Positions 39,701 through 48,584 of a stretch of 64,000 nt of DNA are shown one piece after another. The translations under genes were made by a program, and so were the position numbers. The stretch is from Thermoanaerobaculia bacterium (GTDB taxonomy: Bacteria; Acidobacteriota; Thermoanaerobaculia; Multivoradales; UBA5704). The notes below the pieces were generated by a model. That model did not search any database, had not been told where the DNA came from, and was given only the letters and a program-made list of their open reading frames with translations. How positions within the stretch are numbered: the stretch's first letter is position 1; each line of letters begins with the position of its first letter. Location: contig JBGAGQ010000027.1 of NCBI GenBank assembly GCA_044226625.1, positions 13,363-77,362 on the forward strand. The letters are read 5' to 3'.

Positions 39701-40253
39701 CGATCCGCCGCGTCGAAGCTCCGTCACCGCGGGCGCGCAGGCGTCCGATCTCGGAAAGGATTTCTTCCCCCTCGACGCGGTGCCGACCGTCGACCGTCTC
39801 GCCCGAGAGGGGGTCGAGGCGGACCACGAAGCGACCGGGGAGTGAGACGGCGTCGCGGGCGATCACCTCGAGTCGATAGCCCGTGGAGCCCGCCGGTCGC
39901 GCGGGGAGAAGCAGCGTTTCCCATCCCTCCCTCTGGCCGTCTAGATTGGATAGACCCGGGACCGGATCCCCGGCGCCGTCGGCCGGGGTCGCGTGGAGTG
40001 CGACGTTGATCCCGCGCTGCTCGACCGTGATCAGCTGCGGCTGGGGCGAGGCGTCGATCGCGAAACGTCGACGCTCTCCGGAGCGAAGCTCACGCTCGAG
40101 CGGTACGCCGGGCACGAGATTAGAAATCTCCCTCTCGTCGATCGACGCGGTTCCGATGTCGGAGACGAATCCGAACAGGGGGAACGCGAAGAATGCGAAG
40201 ACGACGAGCGGCGGCGCGCCGTTTCGAAACCTCGAGCCGGCGAGACTTGGCAT
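36795..40253 (-). CDS. TPR plus CHAT (caspase-fold) domain protein
   Basis: TPR array, ILHLATHG and VVLSGCET catalytic His/Cys motifs, P.YWAGFVL.G. Confidence 0.92.
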   Translation of the reverse strand: MPSLAGSRFRNGAPPLVVFAFFAFPLFGFVSDIGTASIDEREISNLVPGVPLERELRSGERRRFAIDASPQPQLITVEQRGINVALHATPADGAGDPVPGLSNLDGQREGWETLLLPARPAGSTGYRLEVIARDAVSLPGRFVVRLDPLSGETVDGRHRVEGEEILSEIGRLRARGDGASTRRIAELAERALPAFRAAGRPHEVARTLFLEAEAYLSLGEAKSAVPLAERAVKAFSALGADAAESQAEALFGLGLAATGDTNGAIARFERALAIEIRRGDAYGEATTRANVCLARQSRGEWRESIPCYEEAIEKLRRVQAVDTAAIAGGNLGGIYDLLGEPEKARAAYEAALPLLRALGEKRGEVSVLNNLGVLLAEIGETSEALERYGQALERAAALGDRGWQARIRQNRGVAYLAAGDEGRAARELEQALALRRAAGDRRGEVTTLGLLGSAKARLGETSAAEQNLEAAIALAHEARWPAQEANALQQISRIYASEGKAALALTTAQSAVDLFRGLNDRRGLAASLSRRGEALTLAGESEAALAPLSEALAIRRSLDDRAGASETLTALAEAERRLKRRQDARAHVREALDLVEVLRSAVVAPELRASFLAGRVRTFDLALELTLDGAETSPSERAGGPRPIRGDAVEAGFALAERARARSLLDLLTDARAAPGGIEPDLRRRAREIGERLAAKARRRIESLANGAPDARSQALAHEIDDLLAEDDRLKAEIAAANQNRSTASSTTVATVATVATVDSDQARAMLRDDELLIELALGERTSYLWALTRGEISAYELPPRAELERLARRVYEDLRKTELGDRRADDEERSARRELSRLVLGPIASRLGDHRLLVVADGALLYVPFSALPIPGDSNDLPLIERHEVTSLPSASVLAALRTPGRGRPEAKERGRRAILVGDPVFSPFDPRVRNLATSVPPTRPGDRAEPPVLQRLASTRREVEAIGALPVFAVGPRRATTLLGFAADRAAVLAGALDDGEILHLATHGVIDTETPRLSGLVLSLVDERGAPREGFLGLADLYGLSLQADLVVLSGCETALGREMRGEGLVGLTGAFFEAGARSVIASLWRVQDRPTAELMIRFYRAHLEEGLSPAAALRAAQRSLRKDRRTRDPAYWAGFVLFGNGGKDGTAR

Positions 40254-40332
40254 CGGGACCCTCGGCGGAAGTTCGCGGGAAGTCTGCCACGAACGAGCGG
40301 CGAAGCAGCCCGTGGCATTCCGCTACGCACGG

Positions 40333-41229
40333 CTATCTCACGTGGGCCACGCGAAAGGAAAATCGGGCCACCGGCTCCGGCCTACCCCCGGTCTCGCCTA
40401 CCCCATCGACCCTGAGCGATAGATCTCCGGCGGGCAGGAGCGCCGTGGGGAGCGCGAGATGGAGAGTCCCCTGTTCGTCGGGCACGAGCCCCGCGCCGCT
40501 CCAGAGGTTCGCGCCACCGGGAGCCGATAGCGTCGCGCGATAGGCGGAGCGTTCCGCGAGATCGAGCTCCAAGGAAAGGACCAGCCATTCGGTCGAACGC
40601 GACACCGAGATCCGCGTGCTCGGCTCCGCGTTCGGGGAAAGCGCCGAGCGCTCGGGGGAGAGCGTCGCCGAGACGAGGTCGGTGCGAGGGCCCGTCGCCC
40701 GATCGAGCTCCGCTTGGAGCCGCTCGCGCTCCCGCCGCTCGGCGTTCGCGCGCCCTTCCGCCTCGGCGGCTCGGGATCGCAGCTCGACCTCTCTCGATCG
40801 AGCCGACGCTTCAGGACCTTGCCGGGCCGAGCGTTCGGCCGCGAGCTCGGATTCGAGGCGTCCGTTTTCTCGAGCCCAGTAGAGCGAGGGCAGGAGTGCC
40901 GCGACCCCGAGGATTGCGACGGTCCAGGGCAACGCCCGCGACCGGAGGAGTCGCGCGAGGAAAGTCGCGCGCACGGCGGTCGCGGTCAAGTCCTGGGCGG
41001 CGAGGCCCTTGATCCCGCGCCGGAGCGCCTCCTCGCCTTCCAGGCGATCGAGACAGCGGGGGCAGGCGAGCGAGTGCTCCTCGAACTGGGCCGCTTCGTC
41101 GGCCGGCAAACGGCCCTCGAGATAGCGCTCGACGACTTCGCGCGCGTCGATCTCGTCGTGATCCACGACCCCTCCGGAGTCCGAGGCCCAACCGTTTCCT
41201 GTCATGGCGGCGCCCATCGTCTCATTCAT
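40333..41229 (-). CDS. zf-HC2 anti-sigma factor-like membrane protein
   Basis: FEEHSLACPRC, TM helix, coiled coil. Overlaps the ECF stop. Confidence 0.85.
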   Translation of the reverse strand: MNETMGAAMTGNGWASDSGGVVDHDEIDAREVVERYLEGRLPADEAAQFEEHSLACPRCLDRLEGEEALRRGIKGLAAQDLTATAVRATFLARLLRSRALPWTVAILGVAALLPSLYWARENGRLESELAAERSARQGPEASARSREVELRSRAAEAEGRANAERRERERLQAELDRATGPRTDLVSATLSPERSALSPNAEPSTRISVSRSTEWLVLSLELDLAERSAYRATLSAPGGANLWSGAGLVPDEQGTLHLALPTALLPAGDLSLRVDGVGETGGRPEPVARFSFRVAHVR

Positions 41230-41927
41230 TCCGAGGTCGCCAGCAGCTCGCGGAAGCGCTGGCGCGCGCGGAACAGCACGCGGTTGAAATGGAGGCTCGA
41301 GAGGCCGAGGTCGGCGCAGATGCTCTCCTTGTCCTGCTCGGCGACGTAGACGCGGAAGAGGATTTGACGGTCGCGGTCGGTGCCCAGCTCGCCGATCAAC
41401 CGCCGGACCTTGCGAATCTCCTCGTTCCGAACCAGGCGGGTGAGCGTGCCCGGATCGGGGTCGGGCGGATCGGCTGGGATGCCCTCGTGCGCGTCGTTCG
41501 CGTGGTGCAGTCCATGCTCGCCTCGCCGCCGCTGCTTTCGCCAGCCGCCGAGGAAGAGGTTTCGTCCGGTCGCGAGCACGAATCCCGCGAGCCGGGCGGG
41601 CTCGGCGAGCCCTGGGCCGCGCAGGCGCTCGATCACGACGCGAAAGGTCTCTTGATGGAGGTCGTCGCTCGCCGCCGGGTCGCCGGTCATCCGGCGCAGA
41701 TGGAACAGCAAGCCGCGGCTGTATCGGGCGACCAGATCGCTTTCGGCCGCGGCTTCGCCGTCGCCGATCCGGCGGACCAGATCGGCGGCGACCTCGGCTT
41801 CCTCCGGCGTGGACCGGTCGACTGCGATCTTCCGACCCCCTCGGAACCAGTGTCGAAGCGAGCGGCCCCCCGGGTTTACCCGGTGGCGCCCTCCCGTCGG
41901 CCGCTCCGGTTCTTGGACATCCGCCAT
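41226..41927 (-). CDS. ECF RNA polymerase sigma factor
   Basis: DDLHQETF region 2 and IC.DLGLS..HFNRVLFRAR.R region 4. Confidence 0.88.
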   Translation of the reverse strand: MADVQEPERPTGGRHRVNPGGRSLRHWFRGGRKIAVDRSTPEEAEVAADLVRRIGDGEAAAESDLVARYSRGLLFHLRRMTGDPAASDDLHQETFRVVIERLRGPGLAEPARLAGFVLATGRNLFLGGWRKQRRRGEHGLHHANDAHEGIPADPPDPDPGTLTRLVRNEEIRKVRRLIGELGTDRDRQILFRVYVAEQDKESICADLGLSSLHFNRVLFRARQRFRELLATSE

Positions 41928-42562
41928 CCCGCGACCAGCAACCCGAGCGCGAGCGCCGCGAAGCCCGGGAACGTCAGTGCGGGGACCGCGACCACGGGTC
42001 CTGCGAGACCGGACGCATAAGTGATGTCGCCGACGTTTACGATCGGGGTGAGAGCCGGATCGAACGGAGCGGAGATCGTGATCGACTGGAGACCGATCAA
42101 CCCTGCACTTTCACCGAATCCCAGGAAGCTGACCGTCGAGCCGCTGAACGTTGCGCTCTCCGTGCCGGTCGAGAAGGTCGCGGTGGCATTCACGGGAAAG
42201 ACCGAGACGATCTTCATCCCTGCCGCTTTGGTTCCCGCCGGGAAGGTGATCACCACGTTGTTCCCTCCGTCCTGGACCCCCGTGGACAGGAAGTTCGTGG
42301 TGAAACCGAACGGGCCCGGACTCTGGATCGGAGTGCTTCCCGAGCTCGTGAGCTGGACGGTGAGGGCGCCCATGGCGAGCGTGGTCTGCGCCAAGTTGCC
42401 CGGCGTGAACTGATCGAACGATTCGGTGGTCGGTGCGGTCACCGCCGCCAGAAAGGTGGGCTCGTCGGAAAACGTGCGGGCCGCGGCCGGCACGGCCGCG
42501 AGGCACCCCAGTAGGGCGACCGTCACCCAACCGGGAGAAACGTGCATCGTCTTGCCAGGCAT
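41876..42562 (-). CDS. Secreted protein with an IPTL-CTERM-like sorting signal
   Basis: Signal peptide. C-terminal VPALT..G, then a TM helix and basic residues. Confidence 0.75.
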   Translation of the reverse strand: MPGKTMHVSPGWVTVALLGCLAAVPAAARTFSDEPTFLAAVTAPTTESFDQFTPGNLAQTTLAMGALTVQLTSSGSTPIQSPGPFGFTTNFLSTGVQDGGNNVVITFPAGTKAAGMKIVSVFPVNATATFSTGTESATFSGSTVSFLGFGESAGLIGLQSITISAPFDPALTPIVNVGDITYASGLAGPVVAVPALTFPGFAALALGLLVAGWRMSKNRSGRREGATG

Positions 42563-42692
42563 TGTTGATTCTCCTCGTGCTCGCTCTCGCTGTACAGAAT
42601 CTACTGCATCGGGGAGCCCGCGGCATCATCTCCCGCGTCCTGGGGGATCCGGCATCATTCTCGTCGGCGCTCCGGGGGGAGCCCGCGTGTCG

Positions 42693-43754
42693 TCAGATCA
42701 GGCCGCGCTCGACCAGCTCGGACTTGAGGAACGCGTAATAGATGGGAGCCGCGATCACGCCGGCGAGGCCGAAGGCGGCCTCCATCACCAGAATCGCTAG
42801 CAGCAGCTCCCAGGCGCTCGCCTTGATCTGGGTGCCGACGATCCGGGCGTTCAAGAAATACTCGAGCTTGTGGATCACGGCGAGGAACACGAGCGAGCCG
42901 ACCGCCGCGCCCAGCGAGTGGGAGAGGCTCGCGACGACGATGAAGGTGTTGGAGATCAGGTTGCCGATCACGGGTAGGAGACCCGCGACGAAGGTGACGG
43001 CGACCAGCGTTTTGGTCAGCGGCAGGTGCACGCCGAAGAGCGGCAGCACGACGACGAGATAGAGGCCGGTGAGCAGGGTGTTCACCGCCGAGATGCGAAC
43101 CTGGGCGAAGACGATGCGGCGAAACGCATCGCCGAGGTGCTCGGCGCGGTCCGTGAGCGCTTTGGCGAGAGGGGCCACCCGGCCGTGGTCGAGCGTCTCG
43201 TGGAGGGAGATCAGTGCGCCGAGGACCATCCCGATCAGCGCGTGAAGAAACGTTTTGCCGAGGTTCGTGCCGAGCGTCTTCAGCTCACCCGCATGCTCGC
43301 GCAGCCAGTCGACCGCCGCGTGCTCGAGATCCGCCGCGTTGTCCGGCAGCTGAGCCGCAACCCATGCGGGCAACTGCTCCTTGGACTTTTCGAGCACGTC
43401 CGCCATCTTCGCGAACAGGACCGCCAGGCTTCCCTGATCGCTGCGGAAGAACGCCAGCGTGCCGAGCACCGCGAGGACGATCACGCCGATCACGCCCGTG
43501 GAGAGGAGGGTGACCGCGAGGGCCCGCCGCAGCCCCCGTCCCTTCTGCAGGAATTGGAGCCGCCCCGCGATCAGATGGACCAGCTCGTAGACCATGAGCC
43601 CGCCGAGCAGGGCGGCGAGCAGATGCAGCCGAAGCGTGAGGTAGAGGCCGAGCGCGGCGAGGATCCAGGACGCGACCTCGACCGCCGTCGGTCGGGAGAG
43701 CGGAATCTGGGGGGTGAGTGGAGGGGAGGGAACGGTCTGCTTTTTAGCGGCCAT
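42693..43754 (-). CDS. AI-2E family transporter
   Basis: AQV.IS.VN, GLLPVIGN, HKLEYFLNA.IVG, G..G.I.AP motifs. Confidence 0.88.
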   Translation of the reverse strand: MAAKKQTVPSPPLTPQIPLSRPTAVEVASWILAALGLYLTLRLHLLAALLGGLMVYELVHLIAGRLQFLQKGRGLRRALAVTLLSTGVIGVIVLAVLGTLAFFRSDQGSLAVLFAKMADVLEKSKEQLPAWVAAQLPDNAADLEHAAVDWLREHAGELKTLGTNLGKTFLHALIGMVLGALISLHETLDHGRVAPLAKALTDRAEHLGDAFRRIVFAQVRISAVNTLLTGLYLVVVLPLFGVHLPLTKTLVAVTFVAGLLPVIGNLISNTFIVVASLSHSLGAAVGSLVFLAVIHKLEYFLNARIVGTQIKASAWELLLAILVMEAAFGLAGVIAAPIYYAFLKSELVERGLI

Positions 43755-43849
43755 GGCGTGTCCGAAGCATGCCACAGATGTTTGCCCCGGCCTCGAGGCG
43801 CCGTTCCTACGTTGCTGGTCTTCACCCGCCGCCGTTTTGAGGTCGAGGT

Positions 43850-44485
43850 CTACTTCCCCTCCAGGATCTCTAGGGTGTTCTCGTCGAACAGCGGCTCGTC
43901 CTGGCCAGCGCGAACGAACAGAACCTTGCGCGCACCGGCCGCCGGGTGGGTCTCCCAGTACTGGATGCCGTCGGCCACGTCGCCCCACTCACCGCACGGT
44001 GGCTCGGGGATTTCGCCGGGGACGTTCGTCTTTGCCAGCTCTTTTTCGTATGCCGCATCAGGCACGAAACCGTACCGTCGAACGCCGGCCGGGCCGTCCC
44101 CTTCGCGAAAGGTCCTGAGCACGCACCGTTTGGCGATTGCCTTGTCGGTACGGGCGACGAAAAGCCGCCGGAGGCCCGCCTCCGGTTCCTCACCGGCCAT
44201 GAGGTCGAAGACCTCGATGACGGGATCGGGCGCCCCGCCATCGGAGTAGCGGATCGCGAGCGCATTCCGAACCTTCAGGAAGTCGATCTTACGGAAGCCG
44301 TAGTCGCACCTCTGGACCCAGGCCGCGAGGCCGAGCTCGCCATCCGAAAAGCACTCCCATCGACATCCCTCTTGCGCCGCGCGCGCCGTCTCCTTGCAGG
44401 AAGCGACGGCGGGTCGGGCCGACGCTGATACGGTGGCGAAGCCCAGGAGCAGCGTTGCGACGAGGCGGGGGTGGCGCGCGAACAT
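43850..44485 (-). CDS. Secreted hypothetical protein
   Basis: Signal peptide, Cys pairs, AAGGA RBS. Confidence 0.7.
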   Translation of the reverse strand: MFARHPRLVATLLLGFATVSASARPAVASCKETARAAQEGCRWECFSDGELGLAAWVQRCDYGFRKIDFLKVRNALAIRYSDGGAPDPVIEVFDLMAGEEPEAGLRRLFVARTDKAIAKRCVLRTFREGDGPAGVRRYGFVPDAAYEKELAKTNVPGEIPEPPCGEWGDVADGIQYWETHPAAGARKVLFVRAGQDEPLFDENTLEILEGK

Positions 44486-44566
44486 GGACAGTTTCCTTCC
44501 CGGGTGTCGATCGACGAGCTCGATCTACAGCCTGCTTCCAGCTTACTTCGCGGGAGCAGGGAACCG

Positions 44567-45085
44567 CTACGAAGCGCTTTCGGCTTCGGAGCGAGCCGGT
44601 TCCGGCCTGGCCATGGGCCTGGCGGGTGGGAGGCTGAGGCGCCGCCTGCGGTCGACCAAGTCGACGAACGGACCGGGTTGGTCCTTTGCGCGGGCGATAA
44701 TCGCGGCGAAGACACGGACCAGGAGCGTGTTGCCGGGACAGCTACAGGGGATCGAGGTCAACCGCGCCACGCGCGGGCCGAGCGCGGGGATCTCGTCCGC
44801 CCGGCTCTGGTAGAGGAGGGTGAGGCCGACTTCCAAATAGGCATCCGCCGCGAGAACCCGCTCTCCGATGGTTTCGAACGTCAGCGCGGCGCGCTCGAAA
44901 AGCTGCTCGGCCCGCGCGTAGTCCCCCGTCTCCGATGCCCTCCGGCCCCGGACCAACAAACCGTCAGCGAAGGCTCGACCTAGAGGCTCCGTGAACCGGT
45001 GCTCGGCGCTCGGATCGTCCGGCGCGCCGGTCGCATCAGGGGGGCAGACGGCAGGGAGATCGACCTCGTTCATGCTGGATATCAT
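44567..45085 (-). CDS. Hypothetical TPR-like protein, possibly a fragment
   Basis: TPR-like helices (GDYARAEQLFERA). Confidence 0.45.
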   Translation of the reverse strand: MISSMNEVDLPAVCPPDATGAPDDPSAEHRFTEPLGRAFADGLLVRGRRASETGDYARAEQLFERAALTFETIGERVLAADAYLEVGLTLLYQSRADEIPALGPRVARLTSIPCSCPGNTLLVRVFAAIIARAKDQPGPFVDLVDRRRRLSLPPARPMARPEPARSEAESAS

Positions 45086-45223
45086 AAATCACGGAAGGTT
45101 GATTGGTGCCGTCGACCTGACAAAAAAGTTGCGGCTCCGGCCCCTTTGGGCGAATTTGTTGCCGCAAAGCGGTTCTTTCAGGGCTGGATGCCGCAGAGCG
45201 GCACTAAGGACCGACCAAGGTGC

Positions 45224-45697
45224 TTACCGGCCTCGGGCGGTCTTGATCGCCTCGTTCGCCTCCCGATCCGCTTCCTTTTTTCGCTCGGTCTCGCGTTTGT
45301 CGTACAGCTTCTTGCCCTGGGCGAGAGCGAGCTCGACTTTGACCCAATTGCCCTTGAGGTAGAACGAGAGGGGGATCACCGTGAAGCCCTTGAGCTGGGT
45401 CCGGCCGAACAGCTTGTCCAGCTCGCGGCGCGAGAGCAGGAGCTTGCGGTCCCTCTCGGGCGGATGGTTCTCCCGGTTGCCGTGGCTGTAGTGGCTGATG
45501 TGCGCCCCCACCAGGTAGGCCTGCCCGTCGCGGATCTCGACGTAGCTGTCGCGCAGTTGGACCTTGCCGGCGCGCGCGGCCTTGACCTCGGTGCCGGTCA
45601 GCATCAGACCGGCCTCGAACGTTTCGAGGATTTGATATTCGTGGGTCGCCCGCCGATTCGAGGCGAGCGGCCGAATCGTCTGTTTCGCGTTCGTCAT
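45224..45697 (-). CDS. smpB: SsrA-binding protein
   Basis: NRRA.HEY, EAG..L.GTEVK, RKLLL and GKKLYDKRE motifs. Confidence 0.97.
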   Translation of the reverse strand: MTNAKQTIRPLASNRRATHEYQILETFEAGLMLTGTEVKAARAGKVQLRDSYVEIRDGQAYLVGAHISHYSHGNRENHPPERDRKLLLSRRELDKLFGRTQLKGFTVIPLSFYLKGNWVKVELALAQGKKLYDKRETERKKEADREANEAIKTARGR

Positions 45698-45752
45698 GGC
45701 GCGGGGATACTACCAAGCGATCGGTTCCACCCCTGGTAGGATCGACCGACCG

Positions 45753-46313
45753 ATGAGATGGAGATCGGCGCTTTGTTGCGCTTTCCTGTTCCTGCTTCCT
45801 TGCCTCTGCGGCTCGATCGCCCTGGCGCAAGGGAAGATTTCCGGTCTGCGCGCAACCGTCGAGGGGGATCAGGTGCTGGTCTCCTTCCGGCTCGACGGCG
45901 GGATCGACAAGCAACTCCTCGAACGGATCGACACCGGCCTTCCCACCCGGATCGTCTACGAGCTCGAGCTGGCCCGGGATCGCAAGCGTTGGTACGACCA
46001 GGGCCTTCGGCGCAACTCGCTGGAAATCACCGCGACCTACGACGCGGTCGCCCGGGAGACCAACCTCCACTACCGTCTGAGCGGCGAGCTCATCGAGAGC
46101 AAGACCGTCCGCGACCGCCCGGCCCTCCTGGAGGCTTTGCGCCGGATCGACCGGCTGCCGGTCTTCAAGACCCAGGGGCTCACCCTGGGAGTTCGATACC
46201 TCGTGCTCGCGCGCGCGATCCTCGGCTCGCGCATGGTGCTCGCGATCATCCCCACCGACGTACGCACCGACTGGTCGGAATCGAACAAGTTCCGCCCGCC
46301 GTCCGTTCCGTAG
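45753..46313 (+). CDS. DUF4390 domain protein
   Basis: Signal peptide, G.P...YEL.L.R.R..WYD, located upstream of an NtrY-like kinase. Confidence 0.75.
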   Translation: MRWRSALCCAFLFLLPCLCGSIALAQGKISGLRATVEGDQVLVSFRLDGGIDKQLLERIDTGLPTRIVYELELARDRKRWYDQGLRRNSLEITATYDAVARETNLHYRLSGELIESKTVRDRPALLEALRRIDRLPVFKTQGLTLGVRYLVLARAILGSRMVLAIIPTDVRTDWSESNKFRPPSVP

Positions 46314-46325
46314 GGCGGGATTGTC

Positions 46326-48578
46326 ATGGGTCTTCGCGATCGCCTTTACGAGCAGGGTAAGAACACGCGGACGATCCTGGGCGGTCTGCTCGGCCTGCTG
46401 TTCGTCTTCACCGCCCTCTTCTACCTGCTGCAGCGCGACCGGGAGATCCCTTCTTACCTGGTGACCAACCGGGTGCTCCTGTTCGTCCTCTGGTACGTCA
46501 ACGTCGTTCTGATCCTCGCGATTCTCTTCGTCCTCTTCCGCGACCTATTCAAGCTCTTCCTCGAGCGGCGCGATCGAATCCTCGGCTCGAAGCTCAAGAC
46601 CAAGCTGGTCGCAACCTACGTCGGCCTGTCGCTGTTTCCCGTGCTCACGCTGTTCGCGATCGCCACCGAGCTGCTCCAGGGGTCGATCGACCGCTGGTTC
46701 GCCACCCCCGTGCGCCCGGTCCTCGAGCAGGGCAACGCCGTCGCGCAAGCGCTGATCGATCGGGTCCAAGGGAGCTGCGAATCGGCCGCCCGGCGCGCGC
46801 TCGCCGACCTGGCCCGGGTCGACCTCTCCGGCGAAGCAGGGCGGGTGGGGCTCGCCGGACGGCTTCGCGCCATGCTGGCCGAGAACGACCTCGACTTCCT
46901 CGCGGTGTACGAGGGGACCGACTTCGTCCAAGGGGTGGTCGATTCCCGCTCCGGCATCCCCGACCTGCCCGAGCCGGGGCGCGAGCTCCTGGGTGAGGCC
47001 GCGACCGAGGGACGCGCGGTGCGCACCGTCGAGCCGCCGGGGGGGCGCGGGCGGCTGGTCCTCGCCGCAGTCTCGCTCGTCGCGGAAGGAGAGGGCGAAG
47101 GGGCGAAGCCCGATGGTGCGGCGCGGGATCCGCTGTCGCCCGATCCGGCGGAGCCCAAGCCGCGGATCGTGGTCGCCGGCTCCCTCCTCGACCCGGTGCT
47201 CGCCGAGCGGACGGAGCGGTTGATCGAAGCGTTCCAGACCTATCGGCAGCTGGAGGTCCAGAAGGCGGACCTTCGGGCGAGCCACCTCTTGATCTTCCTG
47301 ATGATGACTCTGCTGATCCTGCTCGCCTCGACCTGGACCGGGCTGTATCTCGCCCGCCGGGTGACGGTGCCGATCCTCGCGCTGGCCGAGGGGACGCGTC
47401 GGATCAGCAGCGGCGACCTCGACCACCGGGTGGAGGTCCCCGCCGACGTCGAGCTCGGCGTTCTGGTCGCCTCGTTCAACCGGATGACCGAAGAGCTGCA
47501 GCGGAGCAATCGGGCGCTCAAGACTTCCAACGAGCGTCTGGCCGAAGAGCGCGCCCTGGTCGCCGCCGTGCTCGAAAACGTGGCCGCGGGCATCGTCTCG
47601 ATCGACGGGGCGGGGCGGATCTTCACTTGCAACGGCGCGGCGCTCCACATGTTGGATCAGCGCGAGGCCGACGTGGTCGGAAAGACCGCCGCCGAAGCGT
47701 GGAGCGATCCGGAACGGAGCAAGCTCGCCGCCCTGCTCGCGAGCCTTCCGGAGCCAAGGACGGGGCGCGACCGGCGGTCGGCGCGCGAGGTTCAGATGGT
47801 CGTCGGGGGGGACTGGAAAACCTTTGAGGTGAAGGTGACGCCGATCCGGGATGCCGCGAGCTCGCTCGGCCGCGTGGTCGTGCTCGAAGACCTCACCGAG
47901 CTGATCCAGGCCCAACAGCTCGCCGCCTGGAACGAGGCGGCGCGGCGGGTCGCGCACGAGATCAAGAACCCTTTGACGCCGATCCGGCTGGGGGCCGAGC
48001 GGCTGCTCGAAAAGCACCGGCGGGGCGACTCCGGCCTCGGTCCGGCGATCGAGGAGGCGACCGACATCATCGTCCGCGAGGTGGAGAACCTCCAGGGGAT
48101 GGTGGACGAATTCTCTCGCTACGCCCGGATGCCGCGGCCGCGGCCGGCCAAGCTCGATCTCGGCAAGCTGCTCGAAGAGACCTGTCACCTCTATCGCGAC
48201 GTCAAGGTCGGCGTGCCGGTCGTCTGCGAGGTGCCGGCCGACCTGCCCACGGTATGGCTCGACGGCGAGCAGATCCGCCGCGCCCTGATCAATCTGATCG
48301 ACAACGGCGTCGAGGCGACCGATCCGCCGGGCTCGGTCACGGTGTCGGCCGGTCTCACCGAAGGCCACCTCGAGATCTACGTCGCCGACACCGGACGAGG
48401 TATCCCCGCCGCGGCCAAGGACAAGCTGTTCCTACCTTATTTCTCGACCAAGGGGCGCGGTACCGGCATGGGGCTCGCGATCGTCCACCGCATCGTCACG
48501 GATCACCACGGCACGGTCCGGGTCGAAGACAACCGCCCGTCCGGCAGCGTCTTTACGATCGAGCTGCCGCTGGCGTGA
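46326..48578 (+). CDS. NtrY-like HAMP-PAS sensor histidine kinase
   Basis: SIDRWF, HAMP, PAS, AW.E.ARRVAHEIKNPLTPI, GTGMGLAIV motifs. Confidence 0.92.
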   Translation: MGLRDRLYEQGKNTRTILGGLLGLLFVFTALFYLLQRDREIPSYLVTNRVLLFVLWYVNVVLILAILFVLFRDLFKLFLERRDRILGSKLKTKLVATYVGLSLFPVLTLFAIATELLQGSIDRWFATPVRPVLEQGNAVAQALIDRVQGSCESAARRALADLARVDLSGEAGRVGLAGRLRAMLAENDLDFLAVYEGTDFVQGVVDSRSGIPDLPEPGRELLGEAATEGRAVRTVEPPGGRGRLVLAAVSLVAEGEGEGAKPDGAARDPLSPDPAEPKPRIVVAGSLLDPVLAERTERLIEAFQTYRQLEVQKADLRASHLLIFLMMTLLILLASTWTGLYLARRVTVPILALAEGTRRISSGDLDHRVEVPADVELGVLVASFNRMTEELQRSNRALKTSNERLAEERALVAAVLENVAAGIVSIDGAGRIFTCNGAALHMLDQREADVVGKTAAEAWSDPERSKLAALLASLPEPRTGRDRRSAREVQMVVGGDWKTFEVKVTPIRDAASSLGRVVVLEDLTELIQAQQLAAWNEAARRVAHEIKNPLTPIRLGAERLLEKHRRGDSGLGPAIEEATDIIVREVENLQGMVDEFSRYARMPRPRPAKLDLGKLLEETCHLYRDVKVGVPVVCEVPADLPTVWLDGEQIRRALINLIDNGVEATDPPGSVTVSAGLTEGHLEIYVADTGRGIPAAAKDKLFLPYFSTKGRGTGMGLAIVHRIVTDHHGTVRVEDNRPSGSVFTIELPLA

Positions 48579-48584
48579 ACCGCG

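Noticed and set aside
45086-45223. tmRNA next to smpB
   Set aside because: The gap is too short and lacks tRNA-like ends.
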